Positions 24,549 through 34,616 are shown, counted from the stretch's first letter. The stretch: 64,000 bases of DNA from an uncultured Candidatus Rokubacteria bacterium (GCA_963708025.1 CAVPSB010000002.1:256001-320000); one strand, 5' to 3'. Notes: generated by a model not told the origin, from the sequence alone. Numbers and translations are program-made.

Positions 24549-25850
24549 ATGGGTGAGCCGGGGCTGACCATCATCGACAACCGGACGGGGAAGCGTTACG
24601 AGGTGGCGATCGAGCACGGGGCCATCCGGGCGACCGACCTGCGGCGGATCAAGACGGACCCGGACGACTTCGGGCTCCTCTCGTACGACCCCGCCTTCAT
24701 GAACACGGCCTCGTGCACGAGCACGATCACCTTCATCGATGGGGACCGCGGGATCCTCCGGTACCGCGGGTACCCCATCGAGCAGCTCGCCGAGCAATCG
24801 AGCTATCTCGAGACGGCGTACCTCCTGGTTCACGGCGAGCTGCCGACGGGGGCCGAGCTGGAGGCCTGGCGGTGGGAGATCACCCACCACACCTGGATCC
24901 ACGAGAACCTCAAGAAGTTCCTGGACGGCTTCCACCACGACGCCCACCCGATGGCGATGCTCGTCTCGGCGGTGGCGGCGCTCTCCACGTTCTATCCCGA
25001 GGCCAAGCAGCCCGGCGACGGCCGCCTGCAGATGGTCCGGCTCATCGCCAAGATGCCGACGCTGGCCGCCTTCGCCTACCGGCACAGCCTCGGGATGCCG
25101 TACGCGTACCCCGACAACGACCTCTCGTACGCCGGCAACTTCCTCAACATGCTCTTCAAGGCAACCGAGGTGAAGTACGCGCCGAGCCCGATCCTGGAGC
25201 GCGCGATCGACGTCCTGTTCATCCTCCACGCCGATCACGAGCAGAACTGCTCCACGAACGCCGTTCGGAGCGTCGGGTCCTCCCGCGTCAACCCGTACTG
25301 CGCGGTGGCCGCCGGGGTGGCGGCCCTCTATGGCCCGCTCCACGGCGGGGCGAACGAGGCGGTGCTCCGGATGCTCCAGGAGATCGGGTCGGTGGGCGCG
25401 GTGCCCGCCTTCATCCGGAAGGTCAAGGCGGGCGAGGGGCGGCTGATGGGCTTCGGCCACCGGGTCTACAAGAGCTACGACCCCCGAGCCCGGATCATCA
25501 AGGTCCTGGCCGACCAGGTCTTCGCGGTGACCCAGCCGAACCCCCTCCTGCCGATCGCGCTCGAGCTCGAGCGGATCGCCCTCGAGGACGATTACTTCGT
25601 GAAGCGGCAGCTCTACCCGAACGTCAACTTCTACTCAGGGCTCATCTACCAGGCGATGGGGTTCCCGGTCGACATGTTCCCCGTGCTCTTCGCCATCCCC
25701 CGGACCTCGGGGTGGCTGGCTCAGTGGCTCGAGATGAGCCGAGACCCCGAGCAGAAGATCGCCCGACCCCGTCAGCTCTACCTCGGCACCGCGCTGCGGG
25801 ACTTCGTCCCGCTCGAGAAGCGCGAGCCGGACGAGACGGACCTCCCCTAG
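24549..25850 (+). CDS. gltA: Citrate synthase (type II-like) with catalytic Asp replaced by Asn
   Basis: LHADHEQNCST, GPLHGGANE, LMGFGHRVYK, but YPNVNFYSG. Confidence 0.9.
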   Translation: MGEPGLTIIDNRTGKRYEVAIEHGAIRATDLRRIKTDPDDFGLLSYDPAFMNTASCTSTITFIDGDRGILRYRGYPIEQLAEQSSYLETAYLLVHGELPTGAELEAWRWEITHHTWIHENLKKFLDGFHHDAHPMAMLVSAVAALSTFYPEAKQPGDGRLQMVRLIAKMPTLAAFAYRHSLGMPYAYPDNDLSYAGNFLNMLFKATEVKYAPSPILERAIDVLFILHADHEQNCSTNAVRSVGSSRVNPYCAVAAGVAALYGPLHGGANEAVLRMLQEIGSVGAVPAFIRKVKAGEGRLMGFGHRVYKSYDPRARIIKVLADQVFAVTQPNPLLPIALELERIALEDDYFVKRQLYPNVNFYSGLIYQAMGFPVDMFPVLFAIPRTSGWLAQWLEMSRDPEQKIARPRQLYLGTALRDFVPLEKREPDETDLP

Positions 25851-25865
25851 GCGAGAGGTGGGTGG

Positions 25866-26927
25866 GTGGCCTCCGACTTCGTCTACGATCGGGTGCCGCG
25901 GCGAGTCTACTGGGAGCTGACGCGGGCCTGCGACCTCGCCTGCCGGCACTGCCGGGCCGAGGCGATCGCGAGCCGCGACCCGCGGGAGCTGACGACGGAC
26001 GAGGGCCGGCGCCTCCTCGAGGCGCTCCGCGAGCTCGGCGACCCCGGTCCGGCGGTGGTCCTCACCGGGGGCGATCCGCTCGCGCGGCCGGACTTATGGG
26101 ACCTGCTGGACCACGGCGTCCGGCTCGGCCTCCCGATGGACGTGGCCCCGAGCGGCACTCCCTTGCTGACACCCGAGGTGGTCGGGCGGCTCGCCCGGGC
26201 GGGCGCGCGGGCGATGTCCCTCAGCCTGGACGGCCCGGACGCGGCTCGCCACGACGGCTTCCGCGGCGTGCCGGGCTGCTTCGACCAGACGATGGAGGCG
26301 GCGCGAGCCGCGGTCGCCGCCGGCCTCTCGCTCCAGGTCAACACGCTGGTCACGGCCGGCACGCTGGGCGACCTCCCGGCCGTCTACGAGCGCGTGTGCG
26401 ACCTCGGCGCCGCGCGGTGGAGCCTGTTCTTCCTGATCCAGGTCGGCCGCGGTCGCGGCCTCCAGCAGCTCACGCCGGCCGCCGGCGAGGCCCTGCTGGC
26501 GTGGCTGTGGGCCTGCGCCGGGCCGGGCGGTCCCATCGTCAGCGCCACCGAGGCGCCGCACTACCGCCGGGTGGCGCTCCAGCGCCGCCGGACGGGCGAG
26601 GGTGGAGCGGCTCACCGGGCGCTCCGCCACGGGTTCGGGATCCGCGACGGGAACGGGATCATGTTCGTCTCGAACGTCGGGGACGTCCAGCCCTCGGGCT
26701 TCCTGCCCATCGTCGCCGGCAACGTGCGGCGTGCGCATCCCGGCGTGATCTACCGGGATGCGCCGCTCTTCCGGGCCCTGCGCGCCGCGGCCGGCTTTCA
26801 CGGCCGGTGCGGCCGCTGTGAGTTCCGGGAGGTGTGCGGCGGCTCGCGGGCCCGCGCCTATGCGACGGCCGGCGATCCGCTCGGCGAGGACCCGCTGTGC
26901 GCGTACCAGCCAGCCGGGGGGAGGTAG
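25866..26927 (+). CDS. Radical SAM/SPASM protein (NirJ/Ahb-like heme biosynthesis group)
   Basis: WELTRACDLACRHCRA, GDVQPSGFLP, CGRCEFREVCGGSRARA, DPLC. Confidence 0.85.
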   Translation: MASDFVYDRVPRRVYWELTRACDLACRHCRAEAIASRDPRELTTDEGRRLLEALRELGDPGPAVVLTGGDPLARPDLWDLLDHGVRLGLPMDVAPSGTPLLTPEVVGRLARAGARAMSLSLDGPDAARHDGFRGVPGCFDQTMEAARAAVAAGLSLQVNTLVTAGTLGDLPAVYERVCDLGAARWSLFFLIQVGRGRGLQQLTPAAGEALLAWLWACAGPGGPIVSATEAPHYRRVALQRRRTGEGGAAHRALRHGFGIRDGNGIMFVSNVGDVQPSGFLPIVAGNVRRAHPGVIYRDAPLFRALRAAAGFHGRCGRCEFREVCGGSRARAYATAGDPLGEDPLCAYQPAGGR

Positions 26928-26929
26928 AC

Positions 26930-27559
26930 ATGGACCTCGACGGGCTCCTGAGCGACACCGCGGACGGCGTCTGCGCGGTCGGCCAGGACGGCAAGATCGT
27001 CATGTGGAACCGGGCGGCGGAGAGGATCCTCGGTCACACCGCCCGTGAGGTGCTCGGGCGGCCCTGCTGCGACGTGTTCGCTGGGCGCGACGTCGGCGGC
27101 AACCGGCTCTGCTTCCAGGGCTGTCAGGTCCTCACGCTGGTCCGGCGGGGCGAGCCGGTTCAGCACTTCCAGATGTCGACCCGCACGAAGCAGGGGAAGC
27201 CGGTCTGGCTCGACATCAGCATCCTGGTGGTGCCGGGGAGCCATCGCGACCTGGCGACCACGGTGCACCTCTTCCGCGACGCCACCGTCGTCCACGAGGT
27301 CGAGGCGCTGGTCCGGCAGCGCCTCGCCGAGACCGCCCTCCCTCCCTCGAACGGGGCCGGGAACGGAGGCGGGCTGACGCGGCGCGAGCTCGAGATCCTG
27401 CGGCTGCTCGCCGGGGGCGCCAACACGCGGGCGATGGCCGCGCGGCTCCGCGTGAGCCCGGCGACGATCCGGAACCACGTGCAGAACATCTTCGGCAAGC
27501 TCGAGGTGCACAGCCGGCTCGAGGCCGTCGCCTGGGCCACCCGCCACGGCCTGCTCTGA
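26930..27559 (+). CDS. PAS plus LuxR-HTH transcriptional regulator
   Basis: WNRAAERILG, PCC..F...CFQGC, LTRRELEIL...SPATIRNHVQNIFGKL. Confidence 0.9.
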   Translation: MDLDGLLSDTADGVCAVGQDGKIVMWNRAAERILGHTAREVLGRPCCDVFAGRDVGGNRLCFQGCQVLTLVRRGEPVQHFQMSTRTKQGKPVWLDISILVVPGSHRDLATTVHLFRDATVVHEVEALVRQRLAETALPPSNGAGNGGGLTRRELEILRLLAGGANTRAMAARLRVSPATIRNHVQNIFGKLEVHSRLEAVAWATRHGLL

Positions 27560-27983
27560 AGACCATCGGGAGGTCTCGGAAGACCCCCCGATGCCCCCCC
27601 TTCGGAGGCCGCGGCGAAGCCGCGGCTCGAAGTGGAACGCCACGGCCGCGCGGCCGCAACTGAGAGGGTTGCGTGAAGCCAATGGCGTAGGAACGAGAGC
27701 CGGGGGAGGGGGTGCCCGGCTGGAAAGGGCGTGAGTCAGGGTGGGGATCGTGGAGAGGCTTCAGGCTTCCCGGCGCCCCGGGCGTGCACACCACCTCCGC
27801 GCCTGATCCCCTGCGTTCCGATGTTCCTCTCGCCGGCACCCCCTACTCCCATGAGTACGCCGATCGGCGTCGGCAGGCAATGAGCCGGCGGCACCATTTC
27901 ACCTCCGCCGATCGCACTAATTCGGGACCTCCCGCCCCCCCCCCAACCCCCCTCCCCCACCCACTGGGAGGGGGGCCGGAGGA
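27560..27983. repeat. Cluster of REP-like palindromes and a long imperfect hairpin
   Basis: GGGAGGTCTCGGAAGACCCCCC and CCGCGGCGAAGCCGCGG hairpins; 27921-27983 is an inverted partial copy of the 29291/61981 element. Confidence 0.7.
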
Positions 27984-28006
27984 CTTCGCCTACCAGAGGT
28001 CCTCCG

Positions 28007-28396
28007 CTACTCGGGACCGCGCGGGGTTGCGTGGAAGAGGAGCACGCTCGCGGCCGAGCGGAGGAACACCTGCTCGGCCACGCTGCCCAGGGCCACCCGG
28101 CGGAGGCCACCCTGGCCGGCGGTGGTCACGGCGATCAGGTCCGCGCCGAAGGCGTTGGCCTCCTTCAAGATCTCGGCCACCGGGTCGCCGAAGCGGACGA
28201 CGCTGTCGACGGGGACGCTCTGCAGCCGGGCCTCCAGGGCGTGGAGGTAGCCGCTCTCCTCCGTCGGACCCGGCTCGGGGGCGACGTGGAGGAGGCGTAG
28301 CGAGGCGCCGCTTCCCCGCGCCAGGTCGGCGACGAGCGGCACGATGCGCTCCGCGGCGGGAGATCCGTCGAGCGGGACCAGGATGCGCTTCGCCAT
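28007..28396 (-). CDS. Universal stress protein
   Basis: ILVPLDGS, RFGDPVAEIL, LGSVAEQV. Confidence 0.9.
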   Translation of the reverse strand: MAKRILVPLDGSPAAERIVPLVADLARGSGASLRLLHVAPEPGPTEESGYLHALEARLQSVPVDSVVRFGDPVAEILKEANAFGADLIAVTTAGQGGLRRVALGSVAEQVFLRSAASVLLFHATPRGPE

Positions 28397-28571
28397 CGTC
28401 CATCTCCTTCAACTGGCCCGGGTCCCCGGCTTCGGGACCCCTTCGCGGCCGGTCCCGAGGCGCTTGGCCACGTGGTACTTTCTGGCCAGACCCGCGACCT
28501 GGCCGCGGTCGGGCAGGTCGCCCGGCCGCGGCGGTGGCTTGCCTCGGTCGCGCGTCTTGCGGCCCTCGCGG

Positions 28572-29009
28572 CTACTCGGGCTTGATGGGGATCAGGGTGC
28601 CTTTCGCCGCCGCCCCCTTGGGCAGCTTCACCATCAGGGTGCCGTTCTTGAAGGTGGCCGTCACCTTGCCCGCCTCGACGGGCGCCGGCAGCGGGATGGT
28701 CCGGGCGAAGGCGCCGTAGGTGCGCTCCATCCGGAAAAAGGTCTCCTCCTTCTCCTCCTTCTCGTGCTTCTTCTCGCCCTTGATCGTGAGGGCGTCGCCG
28801 TCCAGGGTCAGCGTGATCTCCTTCGGGTCGATGCCCGGGATCTCAGCCGTCACCATGAAGGCGTCCTTGGTGTCGGCCACGTCCACCTTCGGCATCCAGT
28901 CGCCGAGGGCGGGCCACGCCGGCCAGTCGGTCTCCCAGAACCGATCGAAGAGCCGATCCATCTCCTTCCTCAGCGCGGTCACTCCGGTCCAGGGCGTCAG
29001 CGCTTTCAT
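28572..29009 (-). CDS. Hsp20/alpha-crystallin small heat-shock protein
   Basis: PKVDV, AEIPGI, ERTYGAFARTIPLP, ATFKNGTL; AAGGAGG RBS. Confidence 0.95.
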   Translation of the reverse strand: MKALTPWTGVTALRKEMDRLFDRFWETDWPAWPALGDWMPKVDVADTKDAFMVTAEIPGIDPKEITLTLDGDALTIKGEKKHEKEEKEETFFRMERTYGAFARTIPLPAPVEAGKVTATFKNGTLMVKLPKGAAAKGTLIPIKPE

Positions 29010-29055
29010 GGCATCCTCCTTGGTGGCGCGCCTTGGCGCGCCATCGAGACGAGGT

Positions 29056-29071
29056 AGCAACCCCAGTGCCA
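29056..29071 (-). promoter_or_regulatory. Sigma54 -24/-12 promoter
   Basis: TGGCACTGGGGTTGCT; tandem palindromes at 29122-29161. Confidence 0.85.
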
Positions 29072-29290
29072 CGCGGGCTTCACGCGACGGCGGGTACTTG
29101 CGCTCCGTCGCTCGCCGGCAGGTGGGGCACGGAGTTCCCGGCCGGGGCCTCGCCGCCCCACGTCTCAGAGCCCGTCAAGAATGCCAGCGGCTCCCATTCC
29201 ACCGCCCGTCGGCGTCGCAACCCTCCGTCTCGGGCCGAAGGCCGTCCAACGGCCGCAGCCTCCGAGGGGGGGAAGGGGGGGTCTTCCGAG

Positions 29291-29402
29291 ACCCCCCCGG
29301 AGAATCACAGAGCGCGTGAAGGAATCGGGGCCTCCGGCTCCCCCCTCCCCCCGGTGGGTGGGGGAGGGGGGCTGGGGGGGTGGAGGGAGGTCCCGAAGAT
29401 CT
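29291..29402. repeat. G-rich dispersed element, near-identical to 61981-62093
   Basis: GTGAAGG..ATCGGGGCCTCCGGC.CCCCCTCCCCC GGTGGGTGGGGGAGGGGGGCTGGGGGGTGG.AGGGAGGTCCCGAA.ATCT. Confidence 0.9.
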
Positions 29403-30229
29403 CACTCGAGGAGGCGCACGTCGCCGGCGAGGACCCGGTGGACGACGCCGTGGGCGTCCTCGATCTCGAGGTGTCCGTCGGCGGCGACGCTGCGCGCCCG
29501 GCCCTCCAGGGCGCCGCGGTCGTCCCGGACCTCGACTCGGCGCCCGGTGACGATGTCGAGGTCGCGCCAGGCGCGGAGGATCCGCTCCGGGCCCTGATCA
29601 CGATACATGATCAGCCACTCGTCGAGGTACGAGAGGAAGGCTCCGGTGAAGGCGTTTCGCTCGACCGGCCGTCCGAGCGCCTCCCGGAGCGAGATGGCGT
29701 GCTGGGCCGCCGGGCCGAGGGCTGCCCGGAGCAACTCGCACGCGACGTTGACGTTCACCCCCACGCCGAGGATGACGTGCTCCAGCCGGTCGCCGGCGAT
29801 CGACAGCTCGGTCAGGATTCCCGCCACCTTCCGGTGCTTCACCAGGACGTCATTGGGCCACTTGATCGCCGGGTGGAGGCCCAGCTCCCGGATCGCGTCG
29901 GCCAGCGCCAGGGGGGCCACGAACGAGAACACCGGCGCCGCCGCCGGCGTGATTCCGGGCCGACACAACACCGAGGCGTAGAGGTTCACGCCGGGCGGCG
30001 AGAACCAGGCCTTCCCGGCCCGGCCCCGGCCGGCCGTCTGGCTCTCGGCGAGCACGGTGGTTCCCTCGGCGGCGCCGGCCCGGGCCAGCTCGCGGAGGAT
30101 CTGGTTGGTGGAGGGGACGGCCTCGTAGAGACAGAGCCAGAACCCCTGCCCCACCGTGGGAGCGGACAGGTGCCGGCGGATCTCGTCGACACTCAGCGCG
30201 TTCTCGACCATCGCGACATCAGGGGGCAT
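29402..30229 (-). CDS. birA: Biotin-[acetyl-CoA carboxylase] ligase without HTH
   Basis: STN, AESQTAGRGRAGKAWFSP, IKWPNDV, KVAGIL. Confidence 0.92.
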   Translation of the reverse strand: MPPDVAMVENALSVDEIRRHLSAPTVGQGFWLCLYEAVPSTNQILRELARAGAAEGTTVLAESQTAGRGRAGKAWFSPPGVNLYASVLCRPGITPAAAPVFSFVAPLALADAIRELGLHPAIKWPNDVLVKHRKVAGILTELSIAGDRLEHVILGVGVNVNVACELLRAALGPAAQHAISLREALGRPVERNAFTGAFLSYLDEWLIMYRDQGPERILRAWRDLDIVTGRRVEVRDDRGALEGRARSVAADGHLEIEDAHGVVHRVLAGDVRLLE

Positions 30230-30242
30230 GGGGATGCTCCTC

Positions 30243-31160
30243 TCACTGGCCTTCGGGGCCCACCGTGAGGACCGGGCAGGGGGCGGTCTGCAGGAGGTGA
30301 TGTGCCACCGAGCCGAGCATCCAGCGCACCAGGCCCGACCGCCCCTGCGTGCCGATGACGATCAGGTCGGCGCCGCGCGCCTGGGCCCAGTGCACGACCT
30401 GCTCCTCGACCACGCCGCGACCGATCAGGACCTGGACGCGCTCGCGGGGAAGCCGTCCGGGCTGGTCGCGCTCGGACTGCTGCAGGAACCGCTCGGCCTC
30501 CGACTGCCCCTGCTCGTCGAGCAGCGCGGCCATCCGCCCGATGAGCTCCGGCGAGAGGTGCCGGTCCGGGACGGGCTGCGCGGTGACGTGCAGGAAGTCA
30601 ACCGTCGCTCCGGTCGCCCCGGCGAGGGCCTGGACCCACGGCCACGCCATCTTCGCGGTGGGCGAGAAATCGGTCGAGTAGAGGATCCGTCCCATCCGCG
30701 CCGGCCGGGTGCCGGAGAGCTGCGGCCGCACGGTCACGACCGGCCGGGGCGCGCTGCGGACGATCCGGTCGGCGACGCTGCCGAGAAGGACGCGGCCCAC
30801 GCCGGCCCGGCCGTGGGTGCCGACCACGAGGAGGTCGCTGCCCTCCTCGCGCGCCACGTCGAGGATCCGCAGGGCCGCCGAGCCCTCGACGATCCGGCTC
30901 CGCGCCTTGAGAGGGGGATCGCCGAGCTTCGCGAGCACCGCGTCGAGGCGCGCCTGCGCCTCCTGCTCCGCGCCCTCCACCAGCTCCTGGTACATCTGGG
31001 GCGGGAAGTAGCCCTCCATCGGGACGAACACCGGCGGCACGACGTGGAGGAGTAGCAGCTCGGCGCCGAGCGCCCGGGCGAGGAGCTGAGCCTCCTCCCA
31101 CGCCGGCTCGGATGCCGGCGACAGGTCGGTCGCGCAGAGGATCTTCCGGATCGGGGTCAT
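30243..31160 (-). CDS. Tandem-domain universal stress protein
   Basis: ILCATDLS...GTHGRAG..LLGSVAD and ILYSTDFS...GTQGRSG..MLGSVA. Confidence 0.92.
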   Translation of the reverse strand: MTPIRKILCATDLSPASEPAWEEAQLLARALGAELLLLHVVPPVFVPMEGYFPPQMYQELVEGAEQEAQARLDAVLAKLGDPPLKARSRIVEGSAALRILDVAREEGSDLLVVGTHGRAGVGRVLLGSVADRIVRSAPRPVVTVRPQLSGTRPARMGRILYSTDFSPTAKMAWPWVQALAGATGATVDFLHVTAQPVPDRHLSPELIGRMAALLDEQGQSEAERFLQQSERDQPGRLPRERVQVLIGRGVVEEQVVHWAQARGADLIVIGTQGRSGLVRWMLGSVAHHLLQTAPCPVLTVGPEGQ

Positions 31161-31268
31161 CGCTCGGTCGCCTCCGTCGGGGCCGGGGTCGGTGCCGTCA
31201 TCGACACGCGCTCGTCCATCGCGACTCCTTTCGGCGCGCGTCCGCCGTGGCGCGCGGGAGACCACCAC

Positions 31269-31284
31269 TGCAACGTCAGTGCCG
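31269..31284 (-). promoter_or_regulatory. Sigma54 -24/-12 promoter
   Basis: CGGCACTGACGTTGCA; palindromes at 31328-31378. Confidence 0.75.
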
Positions 31285-31416
31285 GGGCCGGGCACGGCGA
31301 ATTCGCCGTTCCTCCGGGAGGTTTGGGGCCGCACTGGCCTACCCCACGGCGCCTGCGGGTGGGGCAGGGCTGTCCCGGTCGGGCGCGGCCGCCCCAGCCG
31401 CCGGCCAGCCCGATGA

Positions 31417-33372
31417 TCACCTCGGCCGCGCCAGCGCGGGCAGGAGGATCACGAAGGTCGTTCCCGCCCCCGGCGCGCTCACGACCTCCAGGTCCCCGTG
31501 GTGGTCCTTCACGATGCGGTAGCTGATGGCGAGACCGAGCCCGGTGCCGCCGGGCTTCGTCGTGAAGAACGGCAGGAAGATCTGCTCCCGGACCTCGGGC
31601 GGTATGCCGGGGCCGGTATCGGAGACCGTCATGCGCACCCAGCCCGGCCGGTCGCCGGCCAGCCCGGTCTCCACGCGGATCAACCCCTGATTGCCGAGCA
31701 CGTCGCGCGCGTTGTTCAGCAGGTTGAGCAGCACCTGCTCGAGCTCGTTGGCGTCGGCCTCCACCAGCGGGAGCCCGGGCGTGAGCCGTCGCTCGACGAC
31801 GATGCCCGTCTTCGTCGCGTGCTTCTCGAAGAGGAGGAGCGTCTCCTCGGCCACCGCGTTGATGTCCGTGGGCCGCTTGACGGCGGGCCCGCGCCGGGCG
31901 AAGGAGGTCAGGGCCTGGGTGATCCGGCCCACGCGCTGGGCGTTCCGCTGGAGCACGGCCAGATCGTCTCGCACCGGGCCCGGCAGGCCGGACTCCTCGG
32001 CTTCCTCCAGCATCAGCTCGATCCGGGACGTCATGATGCCGATCGGGTTGTTGATCTCGTGGGCCACGCCGGCCGCCAGCGTCCCGATGGCCGCGAGCTT
32101 CTCGGATTCCTGGACGGACTGCTCGAGCTTGACGCGGTCGGTGATGTTCTCGAGATGGAGGACCACGCCCTCGATCCCGCCGCTCGAGCCGCGGATGACG
32201 CTGCCCTTGAGCTCGAGGATCGTCGGCCCCCCGCTCCGAAGGACGTGAGGAAAGCGCGACAGCGCGAAGGCCTCCTCCACGCCCCTGTACAGCCGATCCA
32301 GGTGCGCCTCCACTCCGGCCGGACGGAAGCCCGGGAAGACGTCGAAGAAATGCCGACCGCGGATCTCGTCGAGCGGGACGCCCGAGTGGACGGCGAGGGC
32401 CTGGTTCCACCCCACAATCCGCCGATCGAGGTCCAGGATCGCGATGCCGTCGCGGAGGCTCTCGATGACACTCCGGATGAAGCGCTCCTTCGTCTCCAGG
32501 TTGAGATTCAGGGCCAGGATCTCCCGGCGCTCGCGGGCCAGGAGCGCGGCTTGCTCCCGCAGCTCTCGGGTCCGCGCCTGGACCAGCTCCTCGAGGTGGT
32601 CGCGATGGGTGCGCAGCTCCTCGGCCATCCGCACCCGGTCGGTGACGTCGCGGATCGCGCTGATCACCCAGGGGCCGTCCTCCGTCTCCATCGGGCTCAG
32701 GCTGATCTCCACCCGGAACTCGGCGCCGTCCCGGCGGCGGGCGAACAGCTCGAGACCCTCCCCCATGGGGCGGACTTGGGGCCGGGCGGCGTAGTCGGCG
32801 CGGCGGGCGACGTGTCCCGCGCGAAGCCGCGCCGGGAGGAGGACCTCGATCGACTGCCCGAGGAGATCCTGCCGTGGGTAGCCGAAGAGGCTCTCCGCTC
32901 GCGCGTTGACCAGGACGATCCGGCCGTCGGGGCCGATGATCACGAGCGCGTCGGGGGCCCCTTCGAGGAGGTTTCGGAACTTCGCCTCCGCCCGCTGGCG
33001 CTCGGTGAGATCCCGGATGACCTCGGTGATCAGGAGCCCCTCGCCGGTCGCCAGGGGGCTGATGGTGATCTCGGCCGGGAACTCGCTCCCGTCCTGGCGA
33101 CGCCCGAAGACCACCAGGGCGGCGCCCATCGGCCGGGCGCGGGGCTCGGCGGAGTAGTGGGCGCGGTGGGCGACGTGAGCGGCCCGGTAGCGCTCGGGCA
33201 GGAGGAGCTCCACCGCCTGGCCGAGGAGCTGCCCCGGGGTGTAGCCGAAGAGCCGCTCGGTGGCGGCGTTGATCAGCTCGATCCGGCCGTCGCGGGTGAC
33301 GACGACGGCATCGGGGGCCGCGTCCATCAGGTTGCGGACGACCTCGTCGGTCAGGTGGGAGCGGAACGGCAT
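31417..33372 (-). CDS. Cytoplasmic multi-PAS sensor histidine kinase (NtrB-like)
   Basis: Three PAS domains, H-box AGVAHEINNP, N box, FLPFFTTK, GTGLGL. Confidence 0.95.
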   Translation of the reverse strand: MPFRSHLTDEVVRNLMDAAPDAVVVTRDGRIELINAATERLFGYTPGQLLGQAVELLLPERYRAAHVAHRAHYSAEPRARPMGAALVVFGRRQDGSEFPAEITISPLATGEGLLITEVIRDLTERQRAEAKFRNLLEGAPDALVIIGPDGRIVLVNARAESLFGYPRQDLLGQSIEVLLPARLRAGHVARRADYAARPQVRPMGEGLELFARRRDGAEFRVEISLSPMETEDGPWVISAIRDVTDRVRMAEELRTHRDHLEELVQARTRELREQAALLARERREILALNLNLETKERFIRSVIESLRDGIAILDLDRRIVGWNQALAVHSGVPLDEIRGRHFFDVFPGFRPAGVEAHLDRLYRGVEEAFALSRFPHVLRSGGPTILELKGSVIRGSSGGIEGVVLHLENITDRVKLEQSVQESEKLAAIGTLAAGVAHEINNPIGIMTSRIELMLEEAEESGLPGPVRDDLAVLQRNAQRVGRITQALTSFARRGPAVKRPTDINAVAEETLLLFEKHATKTGIVVERRLTPGLPLVEADANELEQVLLNLLNNARDVLGNQGLIRVETGLAGDRPGWVRMTVSDTGPGIPPEVREQIFLPFFTTKPGGTGLGLAISYRIVKDHHGDLEVVSAPGAGTTFVILLPALARPR

Positions 33373-33437
33373 GCCCCGATTGTACCGGCCGGCCGCCGGG
33401 GACCGGGGGGCGATTTCGCGGGGCCCGTCGGGGGCGA

Positions 33438-34076
33438 TCAGCCACGCCAGGGCTGTCGAACGTCGAAGCCTCGCGCCTGCAGAGCCGCCATCGCCGGCGC
33501 CGGGTCGGTGGTGGTGATCCGGACGGCGACGTCCCGAACGCCCGCGCGGTTGGTCAGCGTCATGATGCTCGCGATGGGGGCGCCGGTCTGCTCGATCGCG
33601 GCCACGATCTCGGCCAGTCCCGAGGGCCGATCGTCGAGCAACAGGTCGAGCCGGGTCAACGGGGTCCCGGCGCCCATGGCCCGGACCAGCAGCTCCAGCA
33701 GGTCGGTCTCGGTGACGATCCCGATCAGCTGCCCGGCGGCGGTCACCGGCAGGGCGCTGATCTTCTCCTGCACCATGAGCCGGGCCGCCTCCTCGATCGG
33801 GAACATCGGCCCGATGGTGATGACGGCTCGAGTCATGATCTCGGCGACGGTGAGCCGGTTCAGCAGGTAGTTCAGCTCGTGTGCCTCGAGGCTCGTCGCG
33901 GGCGAGGCCATCGCCTGCTTGAGGTCGCGGTCGGAGACGATGCCGATCAGGTCACCGTCCCGGACCACCGGCAGGTGGCGCACCCTGCGCTCGGCCGCCA
34001 GCCGCATGGCCTGCGGGAGGGTCGTCTCCGGATCGATCGTGATGAGCTTGGACTGCATGACGTCGCGAACCAGCAT
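33438..34076 (-). CDS. CBS plus ACT domain protein (AcuB-like)
   Basis: VRHLPV, GIVSDRDL, GIVTETD, C-terminal DRPSGLA ACT-like domain. Confidence 0.88.
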   Translation of the reverse strand: MLVRDVMQSKLITIDPETTLPQAMRLAAERRVRHLPVVRDGDLIGIVSDRDLKQAMASPATSLEAHELNYLLNRLTVAEIMTRAVITIGPMFPIEEAARLMVQEKISALPVTAAGQLIGIVTETDLLELLVRAMGAGTPLTRLDLLLDDRPSGLAEIVAAIEQTGAPIASIMTLTNRAGVRDVAVRITTTDPAPAMAALQARGFDVRQPWRG

Positions 34077-34176
34077 GACGACCTCCCGCTCCGTGGGCCC
34101 CCGCTCCGGGGGCCGAAAGCTGGACGACCCCCGGGAATGCGCTCCCGGGGGTCGCCGTGGACCGGCCTGGGCGAGG

Positions 34177-34569
34177 CTACGTGCCGCGCCGCCACGGGCC
34201 GCCGAACGGCATCACGGCGCCGAACGGGTTGATGTGGAGGACCCGCACCTCGTCACCTGGGCCCTTCAGCTCGACGGAGTACATCGTGCCGTGCCGCCCG
34301 GTCCAGGGCAGCACCTTCTCGACGGTGTACCCCTTGAGGTACGTGTCGGCATACTCCTGCGCCAACGCCTTGGCCCTTTCCTCCGTGACCGGCGTCCCGG
34401 TGCCGGTCGCGACCATCCCGGGGCAGCCGCCCCCGCCCATCATGCCGGGGCCCATGCCCATCACGCCCGGGCCCATGCCCATCACGGCAGGGCCCATCCC
34501 CGCCAGCGCGCCACCGGCGAGGCCGGCGAGCACCATCGCAGCCACGACAACGCTGACCAATCGCTTCAT
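34177..34569 (-). CDS. Secreted hypothetical protein with Gly/Met-rich repeat
   Basis: Signal peptide, GMGPAVMGMGPGVMGMGPGMMGGGGCPGM. Confidence 0.75.
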   Translation of the reverse strand: MKRLVSVVVAAMVLAGLAGGALAGMGPAVMGMGPGVMGMGPGMMGGGGCPGMVATGTGTPVTEERAKALAQEYADTYLKGYTVEKVLPWTGRHGTMYSVELKGPGDEVRVLHINPFGAVMPFGGPWRRGT

Positions 34570-34600
34570 CTTGGCTCACCTTCCTCTCCACCCCTCGTAC

Positions 34601-34616
34601 AGCATCCGGGATGCCA
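34601..34616 (-). promoter_or_regulatory. Sigma54 -24/-12 promoter
   Basis: TGGCATCCCGGATGCT. Confidence 0.7.
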
